From Caulobacter sp. (GTDB lineage: Bacteria; Pseudomonadota; Alphaproteobacteria; Caulobacterales; Caulobacteraceae), in assembly GCA_030652755.1 (NCBI GenBank), contig JAUSPV010000224.1, positions 14,770 through 78,769 on the forward strand: a DNA stretch of 64,000 nt. The letters run 5' to 3'. Shown piece after piece: positions 37,974-48,598 of this stretch. Each line of letters opens with the position of its first letter. Within the stretch, counting starts at the first letter, position 1. The position numbers and the translations under genes were made by a program. The notes under the pieces were generated by a model that did not search any database, was not told the DNA's origin, and worked only from the letters and a program-made list of their open reading frames with translations.

Positions 37974-39254
37974 ATGCGTCGCGTCGTCGTCACCGGCCTC
38001 GGCCTCTTGACCCCGCTCGGGCAGGGCGTGGACATCACCTGGAAGAACGTGCTGGCCGGAAAGTCCGGCGCCGGACGGATCTCGAGCTTCGATCCCGAGG
38101 AGTACGGCTGCCAGATCGCCTGCGAAGTGCCGCGGGTCGACGGTCGCGGCGGCGGTGGTCCCGACGTCGAGGGTTCGTTCGATCCCAATGGCACCATGGC
38201 GCCCAAGGACCAGCGCAAGGTCGACGACTTCATCCTCTACGCCATGGCCGCCGCCGACGAGGCCGTCCGCGACGCGGGCCTGACCGAGATCGACGGCGAG
38301 ATGGCCTTCCGCGCCGGGGTGATCATCGGCTCGGGCATCGGCGGGCTGAACACCATCGCCGAGACGGCCATCGAGCTGCGTGACAAGGGGCCGCGCCGCA
38401 TCAGCCCCTTCTTCATTCCGTCGGCCCTGATCAACCTCGCCTCGGGCCAGGTTTCGATCCGCTACGGCTTCAAGGGCCCCAACCACTCGGTGGTCACCGC
38501 CTGCGCCACGGGGGCCCACGCCATCGGCGACGCGGCCCGGCTGATCAAGTACGGCGACGCCGACATCATGATCGCCGGCGGGGCCGAGGCCTCCATCTGC
38601 CCGATCGGCGTCGCCGGCTTCGTCGCCTGCCGCGCCATGGCCACCGACTTCAACGATCGCCCGGAGGCCGCCTCGCGCCCCTATGACAAGGATCGCGGCG
38701 GCTTCGTCATGGGCGAGGGCGCCGGCATCCTCGTGCTCGAGGAATACGAACACGCCAAGGCGCGCGGCGCGAAGATCTACGCCGAGGTGGCCGGCTACGG
38801 CCTGTCGGGCGACGCCTACCACATCACCGCCCCGTCCGAGGACGGCGACGGCGGCTTCCGGGCCATGGCCGCGGCGCTGAAGGACTCCGGCCTGGAGGCG
38901 TCCGACATCGGCTACGTCAACGCCCACGGCACCTCGACCATGGCCGATGGCCTGGAGCTGGGCGCGGTCACTCGTCTGCTCGGCGACAGCGCCAAGGACA
39001 CCAAGATGTCCTCGACCAAGTCGATGACCGGTCACCTGCTGGGCGCCGCCGGGGCTGTGGAGTCCATCTTCACCATCCTGGCCCTGCGCGACCAGATCGT
39101 GCCGCCGACCATCAACCTGGACAACTGCGAGTTCGAGACCGAGATCGATCTCGTCCCGCACAAGGCGAAGCCGGTTGAGATGCATGCCGCGATGTCCAAC
39201 AGCTTCGGCTTCGGGGGCACCAACGCCTGCGTGATCTTCAAGAAGGCGCCGTGA
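37974..39254 (+). CDS. fabF: Beta-ketoacyl-ACP synthase II
   Basis: [21 protein letters not shown] and SNSFGFGG motifs. Confidence 0.97.
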   Translation: MRRVVVTGLGLLTPLGQGVDITWKNVLAGKSGAGRISSFDPEEYGCQIACEVPRVDGRGGGGPDVEGSFDPNGTMAPKDQRKVDDFILYAMAAADEAVRDAGLTEIDGEMAFRAGVIIGSGIGGLNTIAETAIELRDKGPRRISPFFIPSALINLASGQVSIRYGFKGPNHSVVTACATGAHAIGDAARLIKYGDADIMIAGGAEASICPIGVAGFVACRAMATDFNDRPEAASRPYDKDRGGFVMGEGAGILVLEEYEHAKARGAKIYAEVAGYGLSGDAYHITAPSEDGDGGFRAMAAALKDSGLEASDIGYVNAHGTSTMADGLELGAVTRLLGDSAKDTKMSSTKSMTGHLLGAAGAVESIFTILALRDQIVPPTINLDNCEFETEIDLVPHKAKPVEMHAAMSNSFGFGGTNACVIFKKAP

Positions 39255-40279
39255 GCAAGAAAGCCGTACGTTCCGAGGGGCTGCCGTTGATGCGGCGACT
39301 CGTCATCATGGGCATGAGCGGCTTTGCCGTGCTCTCGCTGGCGGTGATGGTGCTGGGCCTGTGGGCCGTCTGGACCTATCGCGGCCCCGGTCCCGAGACG
39401 GCATCGGGCCAGATCAGTTCGGTCGTCCTGCGCCGTGGCGCGGGCCTCAACGAGATCGCCTCGTCCCTGGAGCGGGCCGGCGTCATCCGCTCCGGCGCCA
39501 TCTTCAAGGCCGCCGCCCAGGTGACCGGCGTCGCCCGCGACCTGAAGGCCGGCGAGTACGAGTTCGCCTCCGGCGCCTCGATGGCCCGGGTGCTGGACGA
39601 TATCCGCGCCGGCCGCGTGGTGCGCCACCAGGTGACCATCCCCGAGGGCGCGACCTCGGAGACGGTCATCGAGCTGCTCAACGCCGAGGAGGCGCTGACG
39701 GGTATCGCCCCGACCCCGCCGGAGGGCACGGTGCTGCCGGAGACCTACGACTTCCAGCGGGGCGAGGACCGCGCCGCCGTGCTGCAGCGGATGATGGACG
39801 CGCGGGACAAGCTGCTGGCCGCCCTGTGGGCCCAGCGCCAGCCGGGTCTGCCGGTCACCACGCCCGAGGAGGCGGTGATCCTGGCCTCCATCGTCGAGAA
39901 GGAGACCGGCGTCGCCAGCGAGCGCCCGCAGGTCGCCTCGGTGTTCACCAACCGCCTGCGCAAGGGCATGCGGCTGGAGAGCGACCCGACGATCATCTAC
40001 TTCATCACCAAGGGCAAACCGCTGGGCCGCCGGATCCTGAAGTCCGAGCTCGAGAACCCGGCCAACAACTACAACACCTACATCATCGACGGCCTGCCGC
40101 CGACGCCGATCGCCAACCCGGGCCGCGCGGCCCTGGCGGCGGTGCTCGACCCGCCGCCCAGCGACTACCTATTCTTCGTCGCCGACGGCACCGGCGGTCA
40201 CGCCTTCGCCGTCACCTACGAGGAGCACAGGCGCAACGTCGAGAAGTGGCGCGAGTACCGCGCGCGGACAGGAAAATAG
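39251..40279 (+). CDS. mltG: Endolytic transglycosylase MltG
   Basis: TM anchor; LASIVEKETG, LESDPT, YNTY and GLPPTPIANPG motifs. Confidence 0.95.
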   Translation: MSKKAVRSEGLPLMRRLVIMGMSGFAVLSLAVMVLGLWAVWTYRGPGPETASGQISSVVLRRGAGLNEIASSLERAGVIRSGAIFKAAAQVTGVARDLKAGEYEFASGASMARVLDDIRAGRVVRHQVTIPEGATSETVIELLNAEEALTGIAPTPPEGTVLPETYDFQRGEDRAAVLQRMMDARDKLLAALWAQRQPGLPVTTPEEAVILASIVEKETGVASERPQVASVFTNRLRKGMRLESDPTIIYFITKGKPLGRRILKSELENPANNYNTYIIDGLPPTPIANPGRAALAAVLDPPPSDYLFFVADGTGGHAFAVTYEEHRRNVEKWREYRARTGK

Positions 40280-41161
40280 ATGGCCCTTTCGGGAATGACC
40301 GGCTTTGGCCGGGCCGAAGGCGCGCTCGGCGACTGGACCTGGGCCATCGAGGCCCGCTCGGTCAACGGCCGCAACCTCGAGACCCGCTTCAAGGCCCCGC
40401 CGGGCTTCGAGGCGCTCGAGAAAGCGATCCGCGACGGATCCCAAGCCCGCTTCCAGCGCGGTCAGGTCAACGTCAGCGTCCAGGCTCGCCGGGCCGAGAG
40501 CGCCGGCGCCGCCAGCGTCAACATCGACCAGCTTGAGCGCTACCTCGCCGCCGTCACGCCCTATGTGAAGGCCAAGCGGGTCAAGCGGCCCACCGCCGAC
40601 GGCCTGCTGGCCCTGCGGGGGGTCATCGAGGTGACCGAAGCCGCCGAGGACCCGGAGGCGCGGGCCGCCCTGGAACAGGCCATCGCCGCCTCCATCGGCC
40701 AGGCCCTCGACGCGCTGAAGGCGGCGCGGCTGGAGGAAGGCGCGGCCCTGACGCCGGTGCTGACCGGCATGATCGATCGGGTCGAGTCGCTGGTCGCCGC
40801 CGCCGGGACGGAAGCGGCCGCCCATCCGGTCCTCATCAAGGAGCGGTTCGCCGGACGCATGGCCGAACTGCTCGGCCAGGCCGCCAGCGAGGAACGCATT
40901 GTCCAGGAAGCCGCCGCCATGGCCACCCGCGCCGACGTGCGCGAGGAGCTGGACCGCCTGGCCGGCCACATCGCAGCGGCCCGCACGCTGATCGCGTCCG
41001 AGGCCGCCGCCGGCCGCCGGCTGGACTTTCTCACGCAGGAGTTCATGCGCGAGGCCAACACCCTGTGTTCGAAATCGGCGACCCCGGCCTTGACCGCCAT
41101 CGGTCTCGACCTCAAAGCGGTGATCGAGCAGTTCCGCGAGCAGGTGCAGAATGTCGAGTGA
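40280..41161 (+). CDS. YicC/YloC family endoribonuclease
   Basis: SGMTGFG, SVNGRNLE and GRRLDFLTQEFMREANTLCSK motifs. Confidence 0.93.
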   Translation: MALSGMTGFGRAEGALGDWTWAIEARSVNGRNLETRFKAPPGFEALEKAIRDGSQARFQRGQVNVSVQARRAESAGAASVNIDQLERYLAAVTPYVKAKRVKRPTADGLLALRGVIEVTEAAEDPEARAALEQAIAASIGQALDALKAARLEEGAALTPVLTGMIDRVESLVAAAGTEAAAHPVLIKERFAGRMAELLGQAASEERIVQEAAAMATRADVREELDRLAGHIAAARTLIASEAAAGRRLDFLTQEFMREANTLCSKSATPALTAIGLDLKAVIEQFREQVQNVE

Positions 41162-41813
41162 CGAGGCCCGGCCGACGCGGGGCCTGATGCTGATGGTCGT
41201 GGCGCCGTCCGGGGTGGGCAAGACCTCGCTGACGCGGCGGCTGGTCGCTGACCACTCCGACCTGCACCTGTCGATCTCGGCGACCACCCGCGCGCCGCGC
41301 CCGGGCGAGCACGACGGCCGCGACTACCACTTCGTCGACCGCCCGACCTTCGACGCCATGGTCGAGCGCGGCGAGTTCCTGGAGTGGGCCGAGGTCTACG
41401 GCAACCGTTACGGCAGCCCGAAGATCCCGATCATGGAGGCCCTGTCCAAGGGCCAGAGCACCCTGTTCGACATCGACTTCCAGGGCGCCATGAAGATCTG
41501 CGGCCAGGCGCGCCAGGATTGCGTGCTGGTCTACATCCTGCCGCCGTCGCTGGCCGAGATGCACCGCCGGCTACACGCCCGCTCGCAGGACAGCGAAGAG
41601 GTCATCCGCGAGCGCATCGCCCGCGCCAAGGAGGAGGTCTCCAACTGGAAGACCTTCGACTATGTGGTCATGAACGACGACTTCGACCGCGCCTACGCCG
41701 AACTGGCCCACATCTACCACGCCGAACGCCGCAAGGCCTCGCGCAACCTCTGGATCGAGCCGCTGGTCGAGGACCTGCTGGCCGAGGCGATCCCGGAGGC
41801 GGGGGAGGGGTAG
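41151..41813 (+). CDS. gmk: Guanylate kinase
   Basis: APSGVGKT, SATTRAPRPGE and DGRDYHF motifs. Confidence 0.96.
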   Translation: MSSDEARPTRGLMLMVVAPSGVGKTSLTRRLVADHSDLHLSISATTRAPRPGEHDGRDYHFVDRPTFDAMVERGEFLEWAEVYGNRYGSPKIPIMEALSKGQSTLFDIDFQGAMKICGQARQDCVLVYILPPSLAEMHRRLHARSQDSEEVIRERIARAKEEVSNWKTFDYVVMNDDFDRAYAELAHIYHAERRKASRNLWIEPLVEDLLAEAIPEAGEG

Positions 41814-41815
41814 GG

Positions 41816-42631
41816 CTAAAGCGCCCTAGCCAGCCGCAGAAACCCTTCCACCGGCACCGTCTCGGCCCGCACGTTCGGGTCGATCCCTGCCTTCTCGCAC
41901 AGGGCTTCGCCGCCCAGCAGCCGCAGGCTTGAGCGCAGCATCTTCCGCCGCTGGCCGAACGCGGCGGCCGTCACCTTCTCCAGCGCGGCGATCAGGTCGG
42001 CCGGCGGGGCGTCGGCCAGCGGGTCGAGGCGCACCACGGCCGAGGCGACCTTCGGCGGCGGGGTGAAGGCTCTCGCGGGGAGGTCCATGACCACCTTCGC
42101 CCTCGCCAGCGCCTGGGAGACCACGCTCAGCCGGCCGTAGGCGTCGGCGCCCGCCGGGGCGGCGATACGGTCGGCGACTTCCTTCTGGAACATCAGGGTC
42201 ATGGAGACCGGCCGCCACGGGCCGGTCAGCCACTTGATCAGCAGCGGCGTGCCGACGTTGTAGGGCAGGTTGGAGACCACATGCCCCGGCCCGCCCGCCA
42301 GCGCCGCCTCGTCGACCTTCAGCGCGTCGGCCTCGACCAGGGTCAGGCGGCCGTCCGAGACCGCCGCCAGCTCGTTCAGCAGCGGCAGGAAGCGGGCGTC
42401 CTTCTCGACGGCGATGACGTTCGCGCCGGCCTCGACCAGCGCGCGGGTCAGGCCGCCGGGACCGGGCCCGACCTCGATCACCGTCTGGCCCTCCAGCGGG
42501 CCGGCCAGACGGGCGATCTTCCGCGTGATGTTGAGGTCGAGCAGGAAGTGCTGGCCGAAGCTCTTGTCGGCCAGCAGGCCGTGATCGGCCAGGCTCTCGC
42601 GGAGCGGGGGGAGGGTGTCCAGCTGGCTCAT
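41816..42631 (-). CDS. rsmA: 16S rRNA dimethyltransferase RsmA/KsgA
   Basis: GQHFL, EVGPGPG, NLPYN and FGQRRKMLR motifs. Confidence 0.97.
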   Translation of the reverse strand: MSQLDTLPPLRESLADHGLLADKSFGQHFLLDLNITRKIARLAGPLEGQTVIEVGPGPGGLTRALVEAGANVIAVEKDARFLPLLNELAAVSDGRLTLVEADALKVDEAALAGGPGHVVSNLPYNVGTPLLIKWLTGPWRPVSMTLMFQKEVADRIAAPAGADAYGRLSVVSQALARAKVVMDLPARAFTPPPKVASAVVRLDPLADAPPADLIAALEKVTAAAFGQRRKMLRSSLRLLGGEALCEKAGIDPNVRAETVPVEGFLRLARAL

Positions 42632-42660
42632 GGCCGATCACTACGCGTGACCATCTCCAC

Positions 42661-42760
42661 TGTCATCCCGGCCGTAGCGCGCAGCGCGCAGAGCCGGGAC
42701 CCAGGGGCGGGTGCGCGGCATTGGCTGGGTCCCGGATCGGCTGCGCCTTCCGGGATGACA
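42661..42760. repeat. REP-like palindromic element, family 2
   Basis: 11-bp terminal IR TGTCATCCCGG/CCGGGATGACA and 11-bp inner IR CCGGGACCCAG/CTGGGTCCCGG. Confidence 0.8.
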
Positions 42761-42781
42761 ACGGGGGGAGGAGGGCGCTCG

Positions 42782-43783
42782 CTACCCCCGCCGCGCCGCG
42801 ATCTCCGCCGCCAGGCGGATGGCGGCGATCAGGCTGTCGGGGCGGGCCAGGCCTCGGCCGGCGATGTCGAAGCCGGTGCCGTGGTCGGGCGAGGTGCGGA
42901 CGATGGGCAGGCCCAGGGTGACGTTCACCCCGCCCCAGAAGTCGAGCATCTTCACCGGGATCAGCGCCTGGTCATGGTACATGCAGAGCACCGCGTCGTA
43001 GCGGGCCCGGGCCTCCGGGTGGAACAGGCTGTCGGCGGGCGAGGGGCCGGTCGCCTCGACGCCGAGCTCGCGCAGCGCCCGGACGGCCGGAGCGATGACC
43101 TCGATCTCCTCGCGGCCCAGCGATCCCGATTCGCCGGCGTGCGGGTTCAGGCCGGCGACGGCCAGGCGCGGGGCGGCGATCCCGAAGTCACGGCGCAGGG
43201 CCTGGGCGGTGACCAGTCCGGCGTTGACGATCTTCTCGACCGTCAGCAGCCCCGACACCCTCGCCAGCGGCTCGTGGATGGTCACCAGCGCCACGCGCAG
43301 GTCGGCGGCGGTCAGCATCATCACCGGTCCGCGCGCGCCGTCGTGGCGGCTGGCGGCGGTCAGCTCGGCGAGGAACTCGGTGTGGCCCGGAAAGCCGAAG
43401 CCGGCGGCGTAGAGCGGGGCCTTGGCGATGGGGGCGGTGACCAGGCCGCTGGCCGCGCCGGTCAGGGCCAGGGCGACGCCGGTCTCGATCCAGCGGATCA
43501 CGGCGGCGGCGTTGGCGGGGTTGGGCTGGCCGGCCACCACCGAGGTGGTCAGCGGGATATCCAGCACCGGCAGGGCGTCGGCGAACACCAGCGCCGCGTC
43601 CTCCGGCCGGGTGACGGCCTGAACGGGGACGGAGCCGCCCGGCGCCGACTCCAGCGCCTGGCGGTCGCCGATGACCATGAAGGCGGGACCGCTCTCGCGG
43701 AGGGCCCGCCAGGCTCTGGCCGTGATTTCCGGTCCCGTGCCGGCGGGATCGCCGAGACTCAGCGCTAGAGGCGCCGGCGTCAC
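42782..43783 (-). CDS. pdxA: 4-hydroxythreonine-4-phosphate dehydrogenase
   Basis: GDPAGTGPE, GHTEFL, GLNPHAGE, MYHDQ and RTSPDHGT motifs. Confidence 0.96.
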   Translation of the reverse strand: MTPAPLALSLGDPAGTGPEITARAWRALRESGPAFMVIGDRQALESAPGGSVPVQAVTRPEDAALVFADALPVLDIPLTTSVVAGQPNPANAAAVIRWIETGVALALTGAASGLVTAPIAKAPLYAAGFGFPGHTEFLAELTAASRHDGARGPVMMLTAADLRVALVTIHEPLARVSGLLTVEKIVNAGLVTAQALRRDFGIAAPRLAVAGLNPHAGESGSLGREEIEVIAPAVRALRELGVEATGPSPADSLFHPEARARYDAVLCMYHDQALIPVKMLDFWGGVNVTLGLPIVRTSPDHGTGFDIAGRGLARPDSLIAAIRLAAEIAARRG

Positions 43784-45120
43784 CGCTGCTCGATGGTCGC
43801 CGTGCCGCGCAGGTCGCGGAGCAGGCGACGGGAGATCATCGACAGCTGCTGGCCGACGAGACGGCTTTCGATCTGCTGCGCGGTCGGGATCTGGGCCCCG
43901 CTCTGGCGGCGACCGCAGACCATGATCAGGTGCAGGCCGGCGTTGGTGCGGATGGCTTGCGACAGCTTGCCGTCGGGCGTGGTCGCCACGGCGGCCTGGA
44001 AGCCCTCGATCAGGCCCGCCACTTCGGCTTCGCCCAGATCACCGGCCATGACGCCCTGGACGTCGGCGGCCTTGGCTTCGAGATCGGCGCAGCCTGTGAC
44101 CAGCGGGCGCAGGGCCTCGAGCTGGGCGGTGGCGGCCTGAACCTGTTCGGCCGTCGCGTCGGCGGCGAGCGGCACGGCCGCCTGCTTGAGGCTGACCAGC
44201 GAGACATTGGAGCCGGCCCGCTTGTCGCGCAGCGCGATGATGTAGACGCCGTCGTCGGTGACGATGGGGCGGGAGATCTGGCCAGGGCGCAGCTGTTCGA
44301 GTGCCTGCTCGACCTGGGCCGGCATCTCACCGGCGCCGACCCAGCCGGCGTCGCCGCCGTTGGCGGCGGTGGCGGCGGAGGAGAACTGCCGGGCGACCGC
44401 CGGGAAGGGCGCGCCCTGCTGGATCTGGACGATGAGCTGGCTGGCGCCCTGGACAGCATTGTCGAGCCCGCCGACGCGAACCGGATCGATGACGACTTCG
44501 CTGATCTGGTACTGCGGCTTGCCCGCCGAGCTGGTCAGCTGCTCCTGGACGGCCTTGATCTGATCCTGGCCGATGCGCAGGCGGCTGCCGAAGCGGCCGC
44601 GGATGTAGCCCTGCCAGCTGACCTCGGCGCGAATCTGTTCGCGAAGGGTCTCCGGACCGACTCCGGCGCTGCGGAGCTGGGACAGCATCTGGTCGGCCGT
44701 CATGTTGTTGCCCTTGGCAACCTCGGCCAGTTCGGCATCGACGTCCTCGTCCGACGCGACGATGTCGGTCTTGTGCTCTTTCTCGACCTTGCGAAGCTCC
44801 TGGATCTGAAGGCGCTCCTCGGTCAGCGAGCGCATGGCTTCGCGCTGCAGCTGCGGCAGGGTGTTCTCGTCCGGCTGGATCCCGGCGGTGATCGACAACA
44901 GCCGCATCCGCTGGACCAGATCATAGGTCGAGATGATATCGTCGTTGACGACCGCGGCGACGCTTTCGCTGATAGACGACAAAGGCAGTTCGGCCAGGGC
45001 CGCGCCCGTTGTGCCGGGGACCGGCGCTTCCTGCGCATGGACCATGGGGGCGAAACCGAGGCTCAGAGCGGACGCCGCCGCCAGTGCCAGCCTCGTCACG
45101 CTACGCGTCGACGTATTCAA
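43780..45120 (-). CDS. surA: SurA-like peptidyl-prolyl isomerase chaperone
   Basis: AAVVNDDIIST, ARQFS and GGDAGW rotamase motifs; lptD-surA-pdxA-rsmA synteny. Start TTG 45120 tentative. Confidence 0.88.
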   Translation of the reverse strand: MNTSTRSVTRLALAAASALSLGFAPMVHAQEAPVPGTTGAALAELPLSSISESVAAVVNDDIISTYDLVQRMRLLSITAGIQPDENTLPQLQREAMRSLTEERLQIQELRKVEKEHKTDIVASDEDVDAELAEVAKGNNMTADQMLSQLRSAGVGPETLREQIRAEVSWQGYIRGRFGSRLRIGQDQIKAVQEQLTSSAGKPQYQISEVVIDPVRVGGLDNAVQGASQLIVQIQQGAPFPAVARQFSSAATAANGGDAGWVGAGEMPAQVEQALEQLRPGQISRPIVTDDGVYIIALRDKRAGSNVSLVSLKQAAVPLAADATAEQVQAATAQLEALRPLVTGCADLEAKAADVQGVMAGDLGEAEVAGLIEGFQAAVATTPDGKLSQAIRTNAGLHLIMVCGRRQSGAQIPTAQQIESRLVGQQLSMISRRLLRDLRGTATIEQR

Positions 45121-45176
45121 TCTTGTCGTTCCCCTGAATGCTTCGACGGGCGGATAGGCGTGGTCCCGGCCGTTCG

Positions 45177-47453
45177 TCACTGGCTGTAGCCTTTATCGCC
45201 CAATGTGGCGAGCGTTAGGCGCAGGATCACCGAGTCCGACGGGCCCAGCGAGCGGTTATAGGTTTCTTCGTGCACCCAGACGACGGCGATATCGAGGCAG
45301 TCGTCGCGATACAGCCCGCCGAACTCCTGGCGACGCCACACGCCATTCTCGATATCCCGCACACCCGCGAAGGTGACGCCCCAGTTGCCGGAGATCATCA
45401 CGTCGCCCGCGAAGTCGAGATCCTCGCGCTTGACGCCGGTGATGTCCTGGTTGTCCCGCAGGTAGCGAACAAAGCCGCGAGCGCGCGTGGTGTCGACGTC
45501 GACGCCTGCTTCGAAGCGTCGCACGTCGCCCTTGTCCTCGCTGAACCGGGCGCGGGTGAAGAAGCTGACGCTTTCGAGCGGCCGGCCCTCCGCCGCCACG
45601 ATCCAGTCCGATTTCCTGGTCTGCAGGCCGCTCCGCGTCGGAAACTGCGGGTCTGGCTCGGAGCGATAGCTCCGGCCCACAAGAATGCTGCCGCCGCGGC
45701 CGTCATCATACATGACGCTGGCGCGGGCCCCGACGTTCACCCGCTGGCCGCCCTCGTAGCGGTCGAAGCCGGGAAACTTGTTGGCCCGCAGCAGGTTGGT
45801 CTCGTCGAACTCCAGGACGCCGCTGTCCTCGTTCGGAATGGACGTGTCCAGGTCGACGTCCGGCGACAGGGCCACCTGGAGCAGTGGCTCCAGCACGATG
45901 GTTCGGGCGCCGTCCCTGCGGACCAGCGGGAAGCTGATGTCGACGCCGGCCACGCCAACGGCGCGGCTGACCGTGTCGTCGGCGGGGCCTGGGGGCGGCA
46001 GTTCGTCGAGGCTGTAGACATCTGCGCGCACCTGCGCGAACGGCGAAACGCGAAGGCCGTTGGCGAAGGTCCAGGTGTCGCGCCAGTCGGCCAGGGCGCT
46101 GACCCGTCGGCTGTCCGTGCCCGGCTGGGCGGCGACGAACTGCGACTGTTCGCGGGTCAGGGCGACCGCGGAGCCCTGGAGCCGCAACCGGCCCCCGAGC
46201 ACCGGGCCCTCAGGCTCCCAGCGTCCCTCGATCAGTGGCGCGATCGTCGGGAAGGCCCGGTCGTTGTCGATCGGGCGCAGGCCCTGGATGCTGAGCGCCG
46301 AGACCGAGAGCCAGGAGCGGTCGTCCTGGCGCACGGCATAAACCTGCGAAGTCAGGCGGAGATCGTCGGACGGCATCAGCCCGCGTTGATTGTAGACATC
46401 GGAGATGTCGTACTTGTCGAACAGCAGGTCGTCGGAGGTGCGCTCGGCCGCGAAGCCCCAGCGCCAGTTCTCGTCGATCTTGAAGGCGCCGTCGGCCAGG
46501 ATGTAGCTGCGCGACGTGGGGTCGCCGAAGCGGTCGCCGTCGCCGTCCAGGTCGCGTTCGTAGGTGTAGCCGAGGCGGGCGTTGATCTGGCCCGACGAGA
46601 AGCGCTTGCGCCACTGCAGGTTCAGGAAGGGGTTCACCTTCGTGTTGATCTGCGGGCTGATCACCAGGTCCTCGGAGGGCGAGATGATCAGGGCGTAGGG
46701 TTGCTCGTAGGACAGGCCCCGGCGGGCGGAGCCAATGACCTTGGGGGCCAGCAAGCCGCTCTTGCGTTCGGCGTCGGGATCAGGGTGCCAGAAGACCGGC
46801 GCATAGAAGACCGGCACGCCCCACATTTCGATGACGGCGTTGCGGTAGTAGATGATCTGCTTCTCGCGGTCCTGGACCACCTTCTCCGCCCGGATCGACC
46901 AGGTCGGCGTCTTGCTCTTGTCCCCGGCGCAGATCTCGCAGGGCGTGTAGATCGCCTGGGTGAGTTCGTTGATCAGGTCGCTCCGGCGCACCGCGGTGCT
47001 GGCGGCGAGCTTGGCGTTGTCCTGCAGGCGGGCCGAGAATCCGCGCGCCACGCCCGAACGCATTTCCTCGTCCAGCACCATCTCGTCGGCGAAGCTGATC
47101 GCGCCGGAGGGGTCGATGATCACCACGTCGCCGCGTGCGGTGATCAGGCCGCCGCGGATGTCATAGACCAGGGAGCGCGCCCGCAGGGTGCGGCCGCGAT
47201 AGCGGACTTCGACATCACCTTCGGCGGTGACCCTCTGGGCGCCGTCATCCTGAATGAGGCTGTCGGACTCGAGGTAGAATCCCGCCTCGCCCAGACCGTC
47301 GTCGGCCGGCGCGGCGGCGATCGGAGCGGTCGCGATGGCCGGGAAGTCCTGGGCGAGGGCCGGCGCGGTGGCCGCCATCGCCGCGAGGGCGACGCCGGCC
47401 AGCAGAAGGCCACGGCCCCTGGGCCGTTGCAGGGCTCGACTGGCGGTCGTCAT
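45177..47453 (-). CDS. lptD: LPS assembly protein LptD
   Basis: YTPCEIC, PVFYAP, SGLLAP, PNEDS and YRDDC motifs. Confidence 0.93.
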   Translation of the reverse strand: MTTASRALQRPRGRGLLLAGVALAAMAATAPALAQDFPAIATAPIAAAPADDGLGEAGFYLESDSLIQDDGAQRVTAEGDVEVRYRGRTLRARSLVYDIRGGLITARGDVVIIDPSGAISFADEMVLDEEMRSGVARGFSARLQDNAKLAASTAVRRSDLINELTQAIYTPCEICAGDKSKTPTWSIRAEKVVQDREKQIIYYRNAVIEMWGVPVFYAPVFWHPDPDAERKSGLLAPKVIGSARRGLSYEQPYALIISPSEDLVISPQINTKVNPFLNLQWRKRFSSGQINARLGYTYERDLDGDGDRFGDPTSRSYILADGAFKIDENWRWGFAAERTSDDLLFDKYDISDVYNQRGLMPSDDLRLTSQVYAVRQDDRSWLSVSALSIQGLRPIDNDRAFPTIAPLIEGRWEPEGPVLGGRLRLQGSAVALTREQSQFVAAQPGTDSRRVSALADWRDTWTFANGLRVSPFAQVRADVYSLDELPPPGPADDTVSRAVGVAGVDISFPLVRRDGARTIVLEPLLQVALSPDVDLDTSIPNEDSGVLEFDETNLLRANKFPGFDRYEGGQRVNVGARASVMYDDGRGGSILVGRSYRSEPDPQFPTRSGLQTRKSDWIVAAEGRPLESVSFFTRARFSEDKGDVRRFEAGVDVDTTRARGFVRYLRDNQDITGVKREDLDFAGDVMISGNWGVTFAGVRDIENGVWRRQEFGGLYRDDCLDIAVVWVHEETYNRSLGPSDSVILRLTLATLGDKGYSQ

Positions 47454-48598
47454 GTGACGGTCTTCCTCCCGGCGACGCGCCCCCGCACGATTCCGCCGTC
47501 TTCCGTATAGCAAAGCAAAGTCAGTCCCGATAACAGCGCCAGCAACGGCGGCGCCCAGGCGGCGGCGAAGGCCGGCACGATCTCGGCCTTGCCCAACGCG
47601 CCACAGAACTGGTTGAAGAAGAAGAAGACGAAGCCCAGCGCCACGCCGGACCCGGCCAGCGCCGCAAGGCCGCCCAGCCGCATCAGCCGCAGCGAGAAGG
47701 CGGCCGCCAACAGCGACATGGCCGCGAACAGGATCGGCATGGCCAGCAACTGGTGCAGTCTCAGGCGATAGGGCAGCGCGGAGAATCCCGCTGACTCCGT
47801 GCCGCGAATCGTCGCCGGCAGACGCCAGAAGGCGATGGCTTCGGGTGTGGTGAACCGTTCGATCGCCGCCTGCTCATCCAGGGTCGAGGGGATGGACAGG
47901 GTCTCGGAGCGGACCGATCCAGCGCCCGGCGCCGCCTCGCGCACGCCCCTCAGCTGCCAGTAGCCGGGCATGAGCCGGGCTTCCTCGGCCTCGATCCGTC
48001 GCGTGAACTCCAGCCCTCCGCTGGCGTTCACACGGTAGACGAACATCGACACGTCCTTGAGCCGAACGGTGCCGTCGATCTGGTCATGGGACCGGGCCCG
48101 TATGACCACCTGCGAGGTGTCATCGCCCTGGCGCAGCCATGTGTCCTTGGGCGTCGATGTCTGGAATTCCTCCAGCACGGCGTCACGCGACTGTTCGAAC
48201 TGCGCGCCGAGCATGGCCGCCAGCGGGTTCAGGGCGGCGACCGTCACCGCGCCGACCATGAAGGCGGCGGCGGTCGCCGGGAGAATGAAACGCCAGGCGG
48301 AGACGCCGGCCGCGCGCATGGCGATCAGCTCGCTGCGGCGATTCAGGCCCACGAACGCCGCCAGCGTTCCGAACAGGAAGGTGAACGGCAGCAGCGTCAG
48401 AATCGTCGACGGCGCCTTGAGCAGGGTCAGCCACAGCAGACGGGGAAAGCCCGCGTCGCCCCGTCCGCCGACCGTGCGGGACACCTCAACGAAGTCGATC
48501 AACAGGATGACCGAGCCGATCACGGCCAGGGCGCCCGCCACGCCCATCAGCGTGCGCGCCAGCACGTACCGTTCGAGGCGTCCGATCCCGAGATTCAC
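47450..48598 (-). CDS. lptG: LPS export permease LptG
   Basis: RSELIAMRAAGVSAW motif; six TM; follows lptF. Confidence 0.92.
   Translation of the reverse strand: MNLGIGRLERYVLARTLMGVAGALAVIGSVILLIDFVEVSRTVGGRGDAGFPRLLWLTLLKAPSTILTLLPFTFLFGTLAAFVGLNRRSELIAMRAAGVSAWRFILPATAAAFMVGAVTVAALNPLAAMLGAQFEQSRDAVLEEFQTSTPKDTWLRQGDDTSQVVIRARSHDQIDGTVRLKDVSMFVYRVNASGGLEFTRRIEAEEARLMPGYWQLRGVREAAPGAGSVRSETLSIPSTLDEQAAIERFTTPEAIAFWRLPATIRGTESAGFSALPYRLRLHQLLAMPILFAAMSLLAAAFSLRLMRLGGLAALAGSGVALGFVFFFFNQFCGALGKAEIVPAFAAAWAPPLLALLSGLTLLCYTEDGGIVRGRVAGRKTVT

Noticed and set aside
45270-47510. 746-aa plus-strand ORF
   Set aside because: Antisense shadow of lptD.
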